From Naegleria gruberi (lineage: Eukaryota): 64,000 nt of DNA. Shown one piece after another: positions 47,040 through 59,675 of the stretch; the stretch's first letter is position 1; every line of letters begins with the position of its first letter. The stretch lies in NCBI GenBank assembly GCA_000004985.1, contig GG738880.1. One strand, 5' to 3'. Position numbers and translations under genes: made by a program. Under the pieces are notes generated by a model. That model saw nothing but the letters and a program-made list of their open reading frames with translations. It had not been told where the DNA came from and ran no database searches.

Positions 47040-48240
47040 ATGTTTGAAAATAAGCCACTAACAAACATGCAAGATATTAACTCTGGAAAAGATTATTTAG
47101 CGAGTAAAAGAAGGAAGGAATGATGTTATCGGAGAAGGAATTTATCAGTGATGATATTGAAATTAATGATAACACAAAAGCTACATCTTCAAAAACACTT
47201 TTCAATATTTCATCACCTTCGTTTAGGAAGAGATTGGAACTGGGAGAGGATGTGCCATTCTCCAATAATTTTAATAATAATGTAAATAATTCAAACAATA
47301 TTGAAAAACAACAAACGGAAACAAGTTCATCATCAACTACAACAACACCGAGACCATCATTCATCAAAGCACCTTCATTACCTTCATTATCTTTTCCTAT
47401 TAAGAAAAGTTCATCAGTTTCTGATGATGTTAAAGAGATTGAATCTAAATTGAATGCTAATTGCAAGAATGGTGTGGAAAGGGCAATGTTATACATGTTG
47501 GCAAACCGATTGAATGTCAAGTTGTTGATTGGAGTTCTATTTGTGTTATCTTTTTTAAATAGCCTTAAAACATTAAGTTTTAATCAGAATATTTTGAGTA
47601 TTGTCCTATTTCTTGTTCAATTATATACTAACTATCATAGGAAGAATATTGATATGGCCATGTCCTATGAGGAGACTTTTAAAAGATTGGATGGGCAGGA
47701 AATGCAGAGAATGGTTGTTTCCTTGGTTCTCTACACAACCAGAATACTATTCCTTCCCGAACATAACATGATGTTTATTCCAGTTCTTTTCCTTTGGTTT
47801 GCTGGAGCTAACAAGTTGTACATTTACTCAACTTTTCATGGGCTATTCCCAACATTTTACACAAGCTTTCTCTACATTATGTGTGCTTGCTACCATTCGT
47901 ACCATGAGTATATTTTGAATGGATACTCTGCTCGATTCATTGGAATCATTGAGCAATATACAGTTATGACTGGCTGTGTTTGGATGTTCTCCTATTATTT
48001 TATTAATGTGACTGGTTATTTGAAACACAAGGTAGATAAATTGCAAGACACTAGAAAAAGGTTGGAATCAGCATTAGACGCTCGTAGTCGTTTCATGGCC
48101 CATATTTCACACGAGTTTAGATGTCCAATAATGTCAAGTATAGGGTGCTTGGAGTTGTTAAAAGAAACTCCATTGAATGAAAAACAAAATGATTTGGTTG
48201 ACACAATTGTTTCTTCAAATAGTGTTCTTTTGCTTTGATG
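47040..48240 (+). CDS. Hybrid sensor histidine kinase, 5' part, copy 1, with a multi-TM sensor region and the HisKA H-box. It is truncated by the N-gap at 48241, and a 1-nt homopolymer frameshift near 47110 lies upstream of the ORF-track start 47120.
   Basis: H-box is SRFMAHISHEFRCPIMSSIGCLELLKETPLNEKQNDLVDTIV. Several hydrophobic helices lie upstream. Copy 2 (49275..) is in frame from MFENKPLTNMQD, whereas copy 1 has AGTAAAAGAAGG against AGTAAGAAGG in copy 2. Confidence 0.6.
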
Positions 48241-48290
48241 NNNNNNNNNNNNNNNNNNNNNNNNNNNNNNNNNNNNNNNNNNNNNNNNNN
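48241..48290. other. Assembly gap (50 N).
   Basis: A run of N. Flanking sequence shows the contig break falls inside the duplicated unit. Confidence 0.99.
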
Positions 48291-49274
48291 CATCATGTGA
48301 AAACAATAAAAACATGAAAATATAAGATATCCACGATTTTCACAAATTTTGTTACAAGACTCGAAATTATACATTCAACAACATAATAAACATTATGAAT
48401 TGTTGTTTTATTGTTGTTTGATTTGTAATTGGGCTATGAATCAACTCTGGTAGCATCAAATATCGGAACTTGGTAAATTGACAACATGATGAAAATCTGA
48501 TAATAAATATGATGTTTATTATCTATTTAAATAGTAGTACTAAAAGACATGATTCAAGTTGGTGAAGTACATGTTGAGTTATGGTCCATGTACTTTTTAA
48601 AAATTCACATGTACCTATCCCTATCATAACTTGACCAAAATTGATAAGAGAAAGTTCTCCTACCTACTATTGACCATTCCGAACAATAATACATTGACAC
48701 TTTTCCAACTTGTCCAGTAGATCCAGCAGTGATGATGAATTTAGTGAAAATTTTGACATTTCACCAAAATTACATTGCTAAAAATTAATTTCCACAAATA
48801 CTATTATTATATTGATGGAAAACAATAATGATGATGGTTGGTGAATGATCCGATGATGGAACACCAACTTGGGATTTTCCAGCATGAAAAATAAATTCCA
48901 ATTTCATGATGATAATGAACCAATAAAAATTACTATTATTATTACTATATAGATCATGTTGAGATGATGATGTGAAAGTTTGGTGGTTTCATGATGTAAA
49001 ACCACTCCGAAAATCATGATGTCCTCCTTGAGTAGAAGAATGTTGAATATTTTTTTATGAAGTTTTTGTGAGAATGGCGTAGCAGTTGTATTATTGGTGA
49101 AGTTATGGTCTATGTCTTTCAAAATTAAGTCCATCATGATGATAATCCACTAATAAAATTACTACTATTCAGATCATGTTGAGGGGTTCGATTTATCTCT
49201 TGTTTTACTGTAACAAGTATTGCGCCCAAAATTGTTAAGGTACTTCCCGTGTGCTAAACTCAAGCTCCAAAAAA
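48291..49274 (+). repeat. Copy B of the duplicated upstream non-coding segment, with a ~140-bp insertion relative to copy A.
   Basis: It aligns with 46195..47039. The extra block is at about 48517..48656. Confidence 0.85.
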
Positions 49275-49734
49275 ATGTTTGAAAATAAGCCACTAACAAA
49301 CATGCAAGATATTAACTCTGGAAAAGATTATTTAGCGAGTAAGAAGGAAGGAATGATGTTATCGGAGAAGGAATTTATCAGTGATGATATTGAAATTAAT
49401 GATAACACAAAAGCTACTTCTTCAAAAACACTTTTCAATATTTCATCACCTTCGTTTAGGAAGAGATTGGAACTGGGAGAGGATGTACATGTGCCATTCT
49501 CCAATAATTTTAATAATAATGTAAATAATTCAAACAATATTGAAAAACAACAAACGGAAACAAGTTCATCATCAACTACAACAACACCGAGACCATCATT
49601 CATCAAAGCACCATCATTACCTTCATTATCTTTTCCTATTAAGAAAAGTTCATCAGTTTCTGATGATGTTAAAGAGATTGAATCCAAATTGAATGCTAAT
49701 TGCAAGAATGGTGTGGAAAGGGCAATGTTATACA
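49275..49734 (+). CDS. Hybrid sensor histidine kinase, 5' part, copy 2, truncated by the N-gap at 49735.
   Basis: About 98% identical to 47040..47500. It has an in-frame ATG at 49275 and a 6-nt indel relative to copy 1 (GEDVHVPF against GEDVPF). The ORF-track ORF 49251..50996 spans the gap artificially. Confidence 0.6.
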
Positions 49735-50119
49735 NNNNNNNNNNNNNNNNNNNNNNNNNNNNNNNNNNNNNNNNNNNNNNNNNNNNNNNNNNNNNNNNNN
49801 NNNNNNNNNNNNNNNNNNNNNNNNNNNNNNNNNNNNNNNNNNNNNNNNNNNNNNNNNNNNNNNNNNNNNNNNNNNNNNNNNNNNNNNNNNNNNNNNNNNN
49901 NNNNNNNNNNNNNNNNNNNNNNNNNNNNNNNNNNNNNNNNNNNNNNNNNNNNNNNNNNNNNNNNNNNNNNNNNNNNNNNNNNNNNNNNNNNNNNNNNNNN
50001 NNNNNNNNNNNNNNNNNNNNNNNNNNNNNNNNNNNNNNNNNNNNNNNNNNNNNNNNNNNNNNNNNNNNNNNNNNNNNNNNNNNNNNNNNNNNNNNNNNNN
50101 NNNNNNNNNNNNNNNNNNN
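49735..50119. other. Assembly gap (385 N).
   Basis: A run of N. Confidence 0.99.
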
Positions 50120-50156
50120 ATGGCAAGTGTCAAGACCTGTCACATTGATGAAAAAA

Positions 50157-51187
50157 ATGAATAGAGAAGATGTTCTTCTAATGTTGCATGATAAACCGAA
50201 TGAAAATGCAAATAGCTTGTTTGAACTATTGAAAATTAGAATGATGACAAGCAAAACCTCTAAAATTTCAAATCAATTTACAAAAGCAATTCGTATTGAT
50301 AATTGTAAACATGTGGAAACGCTTGGAACGCCAAATAAGTATGGAAAGCCTGCACGAGGACTCAACAACAAATTCTTCTTCAATATTCCGATGGATATTA
50401 CTATTTCATACAGGCACGAAACAATTTATGTTTGCGACTACAAAAATTACAAAATTCAAACATTTGATTTGGCTACCAAACAATTTATCACTTCAATTTC
50501 GACAATTCCGACGTGCTTTATCTACATTCAAGTGGACGATCAATTTGATCAATTATTTGGATTAGGATTTGATCGTTCCTTATATGTGGGAAAATTTGAG
50601 AAACCAAGTAAGGGAAGAGGTGGATTAAGTTTTGCAAGTTTGGAACGATTGAAAATGTCAGTAATGGAAGAATGTGGTCAATTTTCAAAGATTTGTTTGG
50701 ATAGAGAAATGGGGAGATTATACTTTATGGAAAATTCAAGGCAATTCAGAATTGGAGTATTGAGAACGATGGATTTGAGTATTGTAAATTTGATGCAAGT
50801 TGATTTTGATGAACAAGATCCAAGTGATGGGGACAAAATATTGTATTTGGATGGAAGAGGCAATTTATGTATTCTTTCGTTCCCTCTTGTTAAAAGCATT
50901 CCCTTGTCAATTGTGAATTCAAGGAAACAAGCTCACTTTGGCCAATTTGAAACATTATTGAGTTTACAGAAAAGATTTCCAATGTGTTCAAGATAGTAAC
51001 TGAGAAATCATCTGGGAATATATTAATTTCTATACCAATTCCTTTAACATCAACTCCTATTACCATTCAAAAAGGTCATCATCAAACATGGATCTTTCAT
51101 TCTGCTTCTGGAATGGAAATTAATGAAATTGAAGGTGAATTATTAATTGTAGAAAAGAAATCCTTCACTATTAAAATATTCAAATAA
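50157..51187 (+). pseudogene. NHL-repeat (beta-propeller) protein gene, copy 1. It carries a 1-nt frameshift near 50958 relative to copy 2, which is either pseudogenisation or a homopolymer error.
   Basis: NHL-like blades are IYVCDYKNYKIQTFDLATKQFITSI, GRLYFMENSRQFRIGVL and GELLIVEKKSFTIKIF. Copy 1 reads CATTATTGAGTTT where copy 2 reads CATTATTTGAGTTT. The reading frame continues in ORF 50984..51187. Confidence 0.5.
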
Positions 51188-51188
51188 T

Positions 51189-53752
51189 TTACATGTAATC
51201 TACAACAGTTGTATGAGGTGGATAAACTTCCTGAACTTGATTGTTGACAGTTGAATAATATTGCTTGAACAATTCAAATCTGGTGTTCTTTCCAGAAGAT
51301 TCCAATATGTGAGCAAAATACCCAATGCTCTTAATCAATTTTCTGGCAGGATACGATTTGATGTATTCATCATTTTGAACAACAGCTGTCAAATTAGCTT
51401 CATAATCTCTGAGCATGTTAATAATTTCATCATTATTCAACCCTTCAAAGTTCTTGTCATAGAAGAAATATTTTCCAAACTCTGAGAATTTCTGATTTGC
51501 CTTTTGCTGTTCCAACTCGTACATCCATTCTTGAAATTTTGTTACAATTTTTGTAAACCTTTCAACTTACCATCACCTTCAATAGTATTTTCCTTTTCAA
51601 CTTCATAAACAACCGAAACTTTTCCTTCTTGTGAATTTTCAACAACTTCCATCAACTTGTCAACTGGTCTGGATACAAACTTTTTCAGAGTTGACTCATC
51701 CATTGTTCCCTCATCAGCCAACACATCACATCTCAAGTCGTCTGCCAAAAAAGCAAGTTTTTCAGCATTGATAGGAACTGAACCAACAACAGAAAATGTT
51801 CTAAATGAACTAGTTCCCAAATTTCCTGCATAGCACTTTCCACTACTGACTCCAATGGCACATCTGATATGGGTTTTCGATGTTTCATTGATTGTTACTA
51901 ATAATTTTCTCAATTTCAAAGCAGCTTCCAAAGCCAAAACATTTGACGATTTTCGACCATTTCCTTCCACAGACGAAACATAAATCTGATAATCATCCAC
52001 AGTAATAACTTGAAAATCACCTTGTATAGATTTAGAAACAGCACTCAACCCAGAAACAATCTTTGAAAATATGTGTCCAATATCAGCAACATTCAAATCT
52101 GTTGAAAAATCAATTAATTTGATTCTTACAACTGCTCCTTGTTTACAATTCAGACCAATTTTGAAAAGAGAATTTCCCACTTCTTGAACTTTGGATGCCA
52201 TTGAGGAAGTTCTTGAACTATTGTTACTAAAATGACGACTTCCATGAGATTCCAAATCTATTGAGGCAGCATCACTATTCGAAACTGGGTGATTCTTATG
52301 TTTCTTTGATTTGGTGTTGGCTTGGGATTCATCTGTTTTTTTGGTATTTTCTTCTTTCATATTTCTCAATTGTAAAAATACACTTTCTGGAATAAATGTC
52401 TTAATTTCGTTTAACCATACTGTCATTTCATATAAATAAAGGTAAATCAAATCGACTTCTTTAAACTTGCTTGCAGTAATATTCACCTGATCTAGTTCCA
52501 TAGTTTTGATTTTCATAAATTCTCTTTCTAAAATTGTAAATGGATTTGTGACAATGTGTCCAATAGTGATAGACATGATTACACCAACAATGATAATCAA
52601 AATGGTAATACCAACAGATACTCCAGTTGTAATATTTGTTACCATTTCAACTTCTTGCTTATCAACCACAATGAAAACATTCCATTCCAAGTTGACCAAT
52701 GTGAAATTTGACTTTACAATGAAAAAACCATCAAAGTCAATAAAAATTGGTGTGTTAGTCCACCCCTTATAATTCTGATAAACCCTGTTCAATAAACTTC
52801 CAGAACCCTTATCAATCAAGTCAAATAACGAAACTCTAGAACTTCCATCCAAAGCAGTAGTATTGATATTTCCACCAATGACAAGATTATTGGTTTCTGC
52901 CACAATCACATAACCACTAGTGAGTACTTGTACTGTTTTCAAAAAGCTTTCAATAATTCTCAATGAAATATTCGTTTTTGTAATGCCAACTACCTTTTTA
53001 ATTCCATTGCTATAATAGGTAGGATCATATAATTTGGCACAATAGTAAGTTGTATAACTTGGATTGCCAGGAATTGCATAAGGAATGCCGAATACACCAT
53101 CTAATCCCAAAGAGGAATAAAAACCAAAAGTAGTTTTCCAATAACTTTGAGCATTCACTTCATAATTAGGAGATGCCTTGACCAGTGACTTGGCAGTTGT
53201 GTTAGGAGTTGAAGTATCCAATGAAATTGCATATAACATAAATTCAGTCGTTGGTGTATGATACCAAACAACAATTTCATTGGGTGGAGCTCCGTAAACA
53301 TTGACACTGTCAAGACTGTCATTAAAAAATAAACCAATTCCGTATGGCTTGAAAGTGTTGTAATATTTGTAAAGATAGGCAAGCGATGGTTGACGAGGAA
53401 CAAGTCCTAAATTGTAATCCTCAGCCATTGACTCAGTTGCTGAAATATAAGGTTTCAGTTGACCGTTCATATAGTTCAGTACTGAACCACTGATGGTATG
53501 CATCAATTGAGTTGATAAGGAACTCAGGGCTTCTCGAGATCCTATGAAAGAAGATAACCAAATTAAAATTGAACAGCAAACTAATAGAGAAGTGATTAGA
53601 ATAATGATAAATGTTCTAACCGAAATGATTCCACCACATGTTGTTGGTTTGATTGGAGCTATTTTGGTTTTCTCCTCGGTTTCGTCTTCGTTGAGGAGAG
53701 GATTTTGTTCTTTGAGACTGTCTAGGGATGCTGTGAATGGTTGTATTTTCAT
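51189..53752 (-). CDS. Membrane sensor with a class-III nucleotidyl-cyclase homology domain (ACG-like), paralog 2. Exons are 51580..53752 and 51189..51538.
   Basis: TM1 is IIILITSLLVCCSILIWLSSFIG. An extracytoplasmic domain follows, then TM2 (VSVGITILIIIVGVIMSITIG). The cyclase-like blocks are VVRIKLIDFSTDL, QVITVDDYQIYVS and IRCAIGVSSGKCYAGNLGTSSFRTFSVVGSVPINAEKLA. A GTAAGT donor at 51579 and a TTTCAAG acceptor at 51539 give a 41-nt intron. It joins in frame to ORF 51189..51524, whose start (EWMYELEQQ) matches the EWLYELDNL tail block of paralog 1. Confidence 0.6.
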
Positions 53753-55002
53753 GATTAGTTTTGAATAGTTTTTTTAAAAATTTGAAATCATTTGAAAGGT
53801 AGTTTGATTCAATCTCGTTTGAAAATTTAGAAATCTCACCACATATGCGTTTATGGTGGAGATAACAACAATTACCTGTTTGAATATTTCCTTAACTTCT
53901 CCATTCTATTCACAACCCATCATATACTGTTAACTTTAAACGAAAATTTACAGCGCTCATTTAGAATGATTCAACTCTGTTCCCATCACTTGATGTTAAA
54001 CAACCAAATGTTTTTTCTACTTTGAAAGAGAATCTTCCTTAAAATTCGATAGGTGACAGAAATAAAAGGGTGTAGGTGTAAAAACGTCTCTTGTATCAAT
54101 AACGACCTGAGAGAACAATAGGTGACAGAAAAGAAAAAGATGTTGTTGCATTTCAGCTATCTCCCTTGATTTTTTTTGCTATAGTAAATTCGTTTATTTA
54201 AACATAGTTGTTTGGTAAATTACTTAGTGAAGATTCATATCATTGATTATATTTCTTATCGTCTATTAATGATGTAAATATGATGTTTTCATTTCTTATA
54301 TCTGTGGTCAGGTTCTCGGCGCATTTTTGTGATGCTTCCAAAAAACATGGAATGCTCCCAAAGCTGATTTACCTGTAGGGGTAATTGGATGCGCCAATAA
54401 CACCGATTTATTACTTAAGCAAATTCACTCAACTTCAACAAAGCGTATCTCAATAACAACACTGGATGTTAGAGAAACATACCGTATGGTCATTATTAAT
54501 TATGTTAACAATCATAATATCAAGTTTGTTACAGATTTGGCTCTTTACTTATCGAGAAAAGTGATTTCAAAATTTTCATATGTGGTAGTAAGACGAGCAT
54601 GTTTTCTTGGTTAATACAAATAACTGATATTCAATAAAACAGAATCTTGTAGAAAACATCAATTAGAACAAGAATAATAAATAATATTTTTATTTCACTA
54701 AGTATTAAATTTAATATTTCCTTTTTTGTAAGGAGCATTGCAAAAATACGGGAAAAACATTTCCACAGATATTGATAGATATTTAAAGGTTAAGGATAAC
54801 GGTCAAATTGAGTTGAATGGAAGTGAATATTGAGATATGTATACTACTGTTGAAGAAGTATCACCTTCACTATAATTACTGACATGAGTATAACAATTGA
54901 ACATATGATTCCTGTATCAATAATTCATTATTCAATGATTTTGATATGATGGGGTTGGATTAGATATCCACTTTTGGGTTTGGATCCCATGTCAACCCCT
55001 AT

Positions 55003-58000
55003 NNNNNNNNNNNNNNNNNNNNNNNNNNNNNNNNNNNNNNNNNNNNNNNNNNNNNNNNNNNNNNNNNNNNNNNNNNNNNNNNNNNNNNNNNNNNNNNNNN
55101 NNNNNNNNNNNNNNNNNNNNNNNNNNNNNNNNNNNNNNNNNNNNNNNNNNNNNNNNNNNNNNNNNNNNNNNNNNNNNNNNNNNNNNNNNNNNNNNNNNNN
55201 NNNNNNNNNNNNNNNNNNNNNNNNNNNNNNNNNNNNNNNNNNNNNNNNNNNNNNNNNNNNNNNNNNNNNNNNNNNNNNNNNNNNNNNNNNNNNNNNNNNN
55301 NNNNNNNNNNNNNNNNNNNNNNNNNNNNNNNNNNNNNNNNNNNNNNNNNNNNNNNNNNNNNNNNNNNNNNNNNNNNNNNNNNNNNNNNNNNNNNNNNNNN
55401 NNNNNNNNNNNNNNNNNNNNNNNNNNNNNNNNNNNNNNNNNNNNNNNNNNNNNNNNNNNNNNNNNNNNNNNNNNNNNNNNNNNNNNNNNNNNNNNNNNNN
55501 NNNNNNNNNNNNNNNNNNNNNNNNNNNNNNNNNNNNNNNNNNNNNNNNNNNNNNNNNNNNNNNNNNNNNNNNNNNNNNNNNNNNNNNNNNNNNNNNNNNN
55601 NNNNNNNNNNNNNNNNNNNNNNNNNNNNNNNNNNNNNNNNNNNNNNNNNNNNNNNNNNNNNNNNNNNNNNNNNNNNNNNNNNNNNNNNNNNNNNNNNNNN
55701 NNNNNNNNNNNNNNNNNNNNNNNNNNNNNNNNNNNNNNNNNNNNNNNNNNNNNNNNNNNNNNNNNNNNNNNNNNNNNNNNNNNNNNNNNNNNNNNNNNNN
55801 NNNNNNNNNNNNNNNNNNNNNNNNNNNNNNNNNNNNNNNNNNNNNNNNNNNNNNNNNNNNNNNNNNNNNNNNNNNNNNNNNNNNNNNNNNNNNNNNNNNN
55901 NNNNNNNNNNNNNNNNNNNNNNNNNNNNNNNNNNNNNNNNNNNNNNNNNNNNNNNNNNNNNNNNNNNNNNNNNNNNNNNNNNNNNNNNNNNNNNNNNNNN
56001 NNNNNNNNNNNNNNNNNNNNNNNNNNNNNNNNNNNNNNNNNNNNNNNNNNNNNNNNNNNNNNNNNNNNNNNNNNNNNNNNNNNNNNNNNNNNNNNNNNNN
56101 NNNNNNNNNNNNNNNNNNNNNNNNNNNNNNNNNNNNNNNNNNNNNNNNNNNNNNNNNNNNNNNNNNNNNNNNNNNNNNNNNNNNNNNNNNNNNNNNNNNN
56201 NNNNNNNNNNNNNNNNNNNNNNNNNNNNNNNNNNNNNNNNNNNNNNNNNNNNNNNNNNNNNNNNNNNNNNNNNNNNNNNNNNNNNNNNNNNNNNNNNNNN
56301 NNNNNNNNNNNNNNNNNNNNNNNNNNNNNNNNNNNNNNNNNNNNNNNNNNNNNNNNNNNNNNNNNNNNNNNNNNNNNNNNNNNNNNNNNNNNNNNNNNNN
56401 NNNNNNNNNNNNNNNNNNNNNNNNNNNNNNNNNNNNNNNNNNNNNNNNNNNNNNNNNNNNNNNNNNNNNNNNNNNNNNNNNNNNNNNNNNNNNNNNNNNN
56501 NNNNNNNNNNNNNNNNNNNNNNNNNNNNNNNNNNNNNNNNNNNNNNNNNNNNNNNNNNNNNNNNNNNNNNNNNNNNNNNNNNNNNNNNNNNNNNNNNNNN
56601 NNNNNNNNNNNNNNNNNNNNNNNNNNNNNNNNNNNNNNNNNNNNNNNNNNNNNNNNNNNNNNNNNNNNNNNNNNNNNNNNNNNNNNNNNNNNNNNNNNNN
56701 NNNNNNNNNNNNNNNNNNNNNNNNNNNNNNNNNNNNNNNNNNNNNNNNNNNNNNNNNNNNNNNNNNNNNNNNNNNNNNNNNNNNNNNNNNNNNNNNNNNN
56801 NNNNNNNNNNNNNNNNNNNNNNNNNNNNNNNNNNNNNNNNNNNNNNNNNNNNNNNNNNNNNNNNNNNNNNNNNNNNNNNNNNNNNNNNNNNNNNNNNNNN
56901 NNNNNNNNNNNNNNNNNNNNNNNNNNNNNNNNNNNNNNNNNNNNNNNNNNNNNNNNNNNNNNNNNNNNNNNNNNNNNNNNNNNNNNNNNNNNNNNNNNNN
57001 NNNNNNNNNNNNNNNNNNNNNNNNNNNNNNNNNNNNNNNNNNNNNNNNNNNNNNNNNNNNNNNNNNNNNNNNNNNNNNNNNNNNNNNNNNNNNNNNNNNN
57101 NNNNNNNNNNNNNNNNNNNNNNNNNNNNNNNNNNNNNNNNNNNNNNNNNNNNNNNNNNNNNNNNNNNNNNNNNNNNNNNNNNNNNNNNNNNNNNNNNNNN
57201 NNNNNNNNNNNNNNNNNNNNNNNNNNNNNNNNNNNNNNNNNNNNNNNNNNNNNNNNNNNNNNNNNNNNNNNNNNNNNNNNNNNNNNNNNNNNNNNNNNNN
57301 NNNNNNNNNNNNNNNNNNNNNNNNNNNNNNNNNNNNNNNNNNNNNNNNNNNNNNNNNNNNNNNNNNNNNNNNNNNNNNNNNNNNNNNNNNNNNNNNNNNN
57401 NNNNNNNNNNNNNNNNNNNNNNNNNNNNNNNNNNNNNNNNNNNNNNNNNNNNNNNNNNNNNNNNNNNNNNNNNNNNNNNNNNNNNNNNNNNNNNNNNNNN
57501 NNNNNNNNNNNNNNNNNNNNNNNNNNNNNNNNNNNNNNNNNNNNNNNNNNNNNNNNNNNNNNNNNNNNNNNNNNNNNNNNNNNNNNNNNNNNNNNNNNNN
57601 NNNNNNNNNNNNNNNNNNNNNNNNNNNNNNNNNNNNNNNNNNNNNNNNNNNNNNNNNNNNNNNNNNNNNNNNNNNNNNNNNNNNNNNNNNNNNNNNNNNN
57701 NNNNNNNNNNNNNNNNNNNNNNNNNNNNNNNNNNNNNNNNNNNNNNNNNNNNNNNNNNNNNNNNNNNNNNNNNNNNNNNNNNNNNNNNNNNNNNNNNNNN
57801 NNNNNNNNNNNNNNNNNNNNNNNNNNNNNNNNNNNNNNNNNNNNNNNNNNNNNNNNNNNNNNNNNNNNNNNNNNNNNNNNNNNNNNNNNNNNNNNNNNNN
57901 NNNNNNNNNNNNNNNNNNNNNNNNNNNNNNNNNNNNNNNNNNNNNNNNNNNNNNNNNNNNNNNNNNNNNNNNNNNNNNNNNNNNNNNNNNNNNNNNNNNN

Positions 58001-59675
58001 NNNNNNNNNNNNNNNNNNNNNNNNNNNNNNNNNNNNNNNNNNNNNNNNNNNNNNNNNNNNNNNNNNNNNNNNNNNNNNNNNNNNNNNNNNNNNNNNNNNN
58101 NNNNNNNNNNNNNNNNNNNNNNNNNNNNNNNNNNNNNNNNNNNNNNNNNNNNNNNNNNNNNNNNNNNNNNNNNNNNNNNNNNNNNNNNNNNNNNNNNNNN
58201 NNNNNNNNNNNNNNNNNNNNNNNNNNNNNNNNNNNNNNNNNNNNNNNNNNNNNNNNNNNNNNNNNNNNNNNNNNNNNNNNNNNNNNNNNNNNNNNNNNNN
58301 NNNNNNNNNNNNNNNNNNNNNNNNNNNNNNNNNNNNNNNNNNNNNNNNNNNNNNNNNNNNNNNNNNNNNNNNNNNNNNNNNNNNNNNNNNNNNNNNNNNN
58401 NNNNNNNNNNNNNNNNNNNNNNNNNNNNNNNNNNNNNNNNNNNNNNNNNNNNNNNNNNNNNNNNNNNNNNNNNNNNNNNNNNNNNNNNNNNNNNNNNNNN
58501 NNNNNNNNNNNNNNNNNNNNNNNNNNNNNNNNNNNNNNNNNNNNNNNNNNNNNNNNNNNNNNNNNNNNNNNNNNNNNNNNNNNNNNNNNNNNNNNNNNNN
58601 NNNNNNNNNNNNNNNNNNNNNNNNNNNNNNNNNNNNNNNNNNNNNNNNNNNNNNNNNNNNNNNNNNNNNNNNNNNNNNNNNNNNNNNNNNNNNNNNNNNN
58701 NNNNNNNNNNNNNNNNNNNNNNNNNNNNNNNNNNNNNNNNNNNNNNNNNNNNNNNNNNNNNNNNNNNNNNNNNNNNNNNNNNNNNNNNNNNNNNNNNNNN
58801 NNNNNNNNNNNNNNNNNNNNNNNNNNNNNNNNNNNNNNNNNNNNNNNNNNNNNNNNNNNNNNNNNNNNNNNNNNNNNNNNNNNNNNNNNNNNNNNNNNNN
58901 NNNNNNNNNNNNNNNNNNNNNNNNNNNNNNNNNNNNNNNNNNNNNNNNNNNNNNNNNNNNNNNNNNNNNNNNNNNNNNNNNNNNNNNNNNNNNNNNNNNN
59001 NNNNNNNNNNNNNNNNNNNNNNNNNNNNNNNNNNNNNNNNNNNNNNNNNNNNNNNNNNNNNNNNNNNNNNNNNNNNNNNNNNNNNNNNNNNNNNNNNNNN
59101 NNNNNNNNNNNNNNNNNNNNNNNNNNNNNNNNNNNNNNNNNNNNNNNNNNNNNNNNNNNNNNNNNNNNNNNNNNNNNNNNNNNNNNNNNNNNNNNNNNNN
59201 NNNNNNNNNNNNNNNNNNNNNNNNNNNNNNNNNNNNNNNNNNNNNNNNNNNNNNNNNNNNNNNNNNNNNNNNNNNNNNNNNNNNNNNNNNNNNNNNNNNN
59301 NNNNNNNNNNNNNNNNNNNNNNNNNNNNNNNNNNNNNNNNNNNNNNNNNNNNNNNNNNNNNNNNNNNNNNNNNNNNNNNNNNNNNNNNNNNNNNNNNNNN
59401 NNNNNNNNNNNNNNNNNNNNNNNNNNNNNNNNNNNNNNNNNNNNNNNNNNNNNNNNNNNNNNNNNNNNNNNNNNNNNNNNNNNNNNNNNNNNNNNNNNNN
59501 NNNNNNNNNNNNNNNNNNNNNNNNNNNNNNNNNNNNNNNNNNNNNNNNNNNNNNNNNNNNNNNNNNNNNNNNNNNNNNNNNNNNNNNNNNNNNNNNNNNN
59601 NNNNNNNNNNNNNNNNNNNNNNNNNNNNNNNNNNNNNNNNNNNNNNNNNNNNNNNNNNNNNNNNNNNNNNNNNNN
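55003..59675. other. Large assembly gap (4,673 N).
   Basis: A run of N. The poly-X ORFs 54974..59707 and 54992..59698 are artefacts of translating N. Confidence 0.99.

Noticed and set aside
49251-50996. A single 581-aa ORF linking the HK N-terminus to the NHL gene.
   Set aside because: It bridges a 385-N gap and so is an artefact. The two sides are different genes, since the HK stop and the NHL start are adjacent at 61995/62041.
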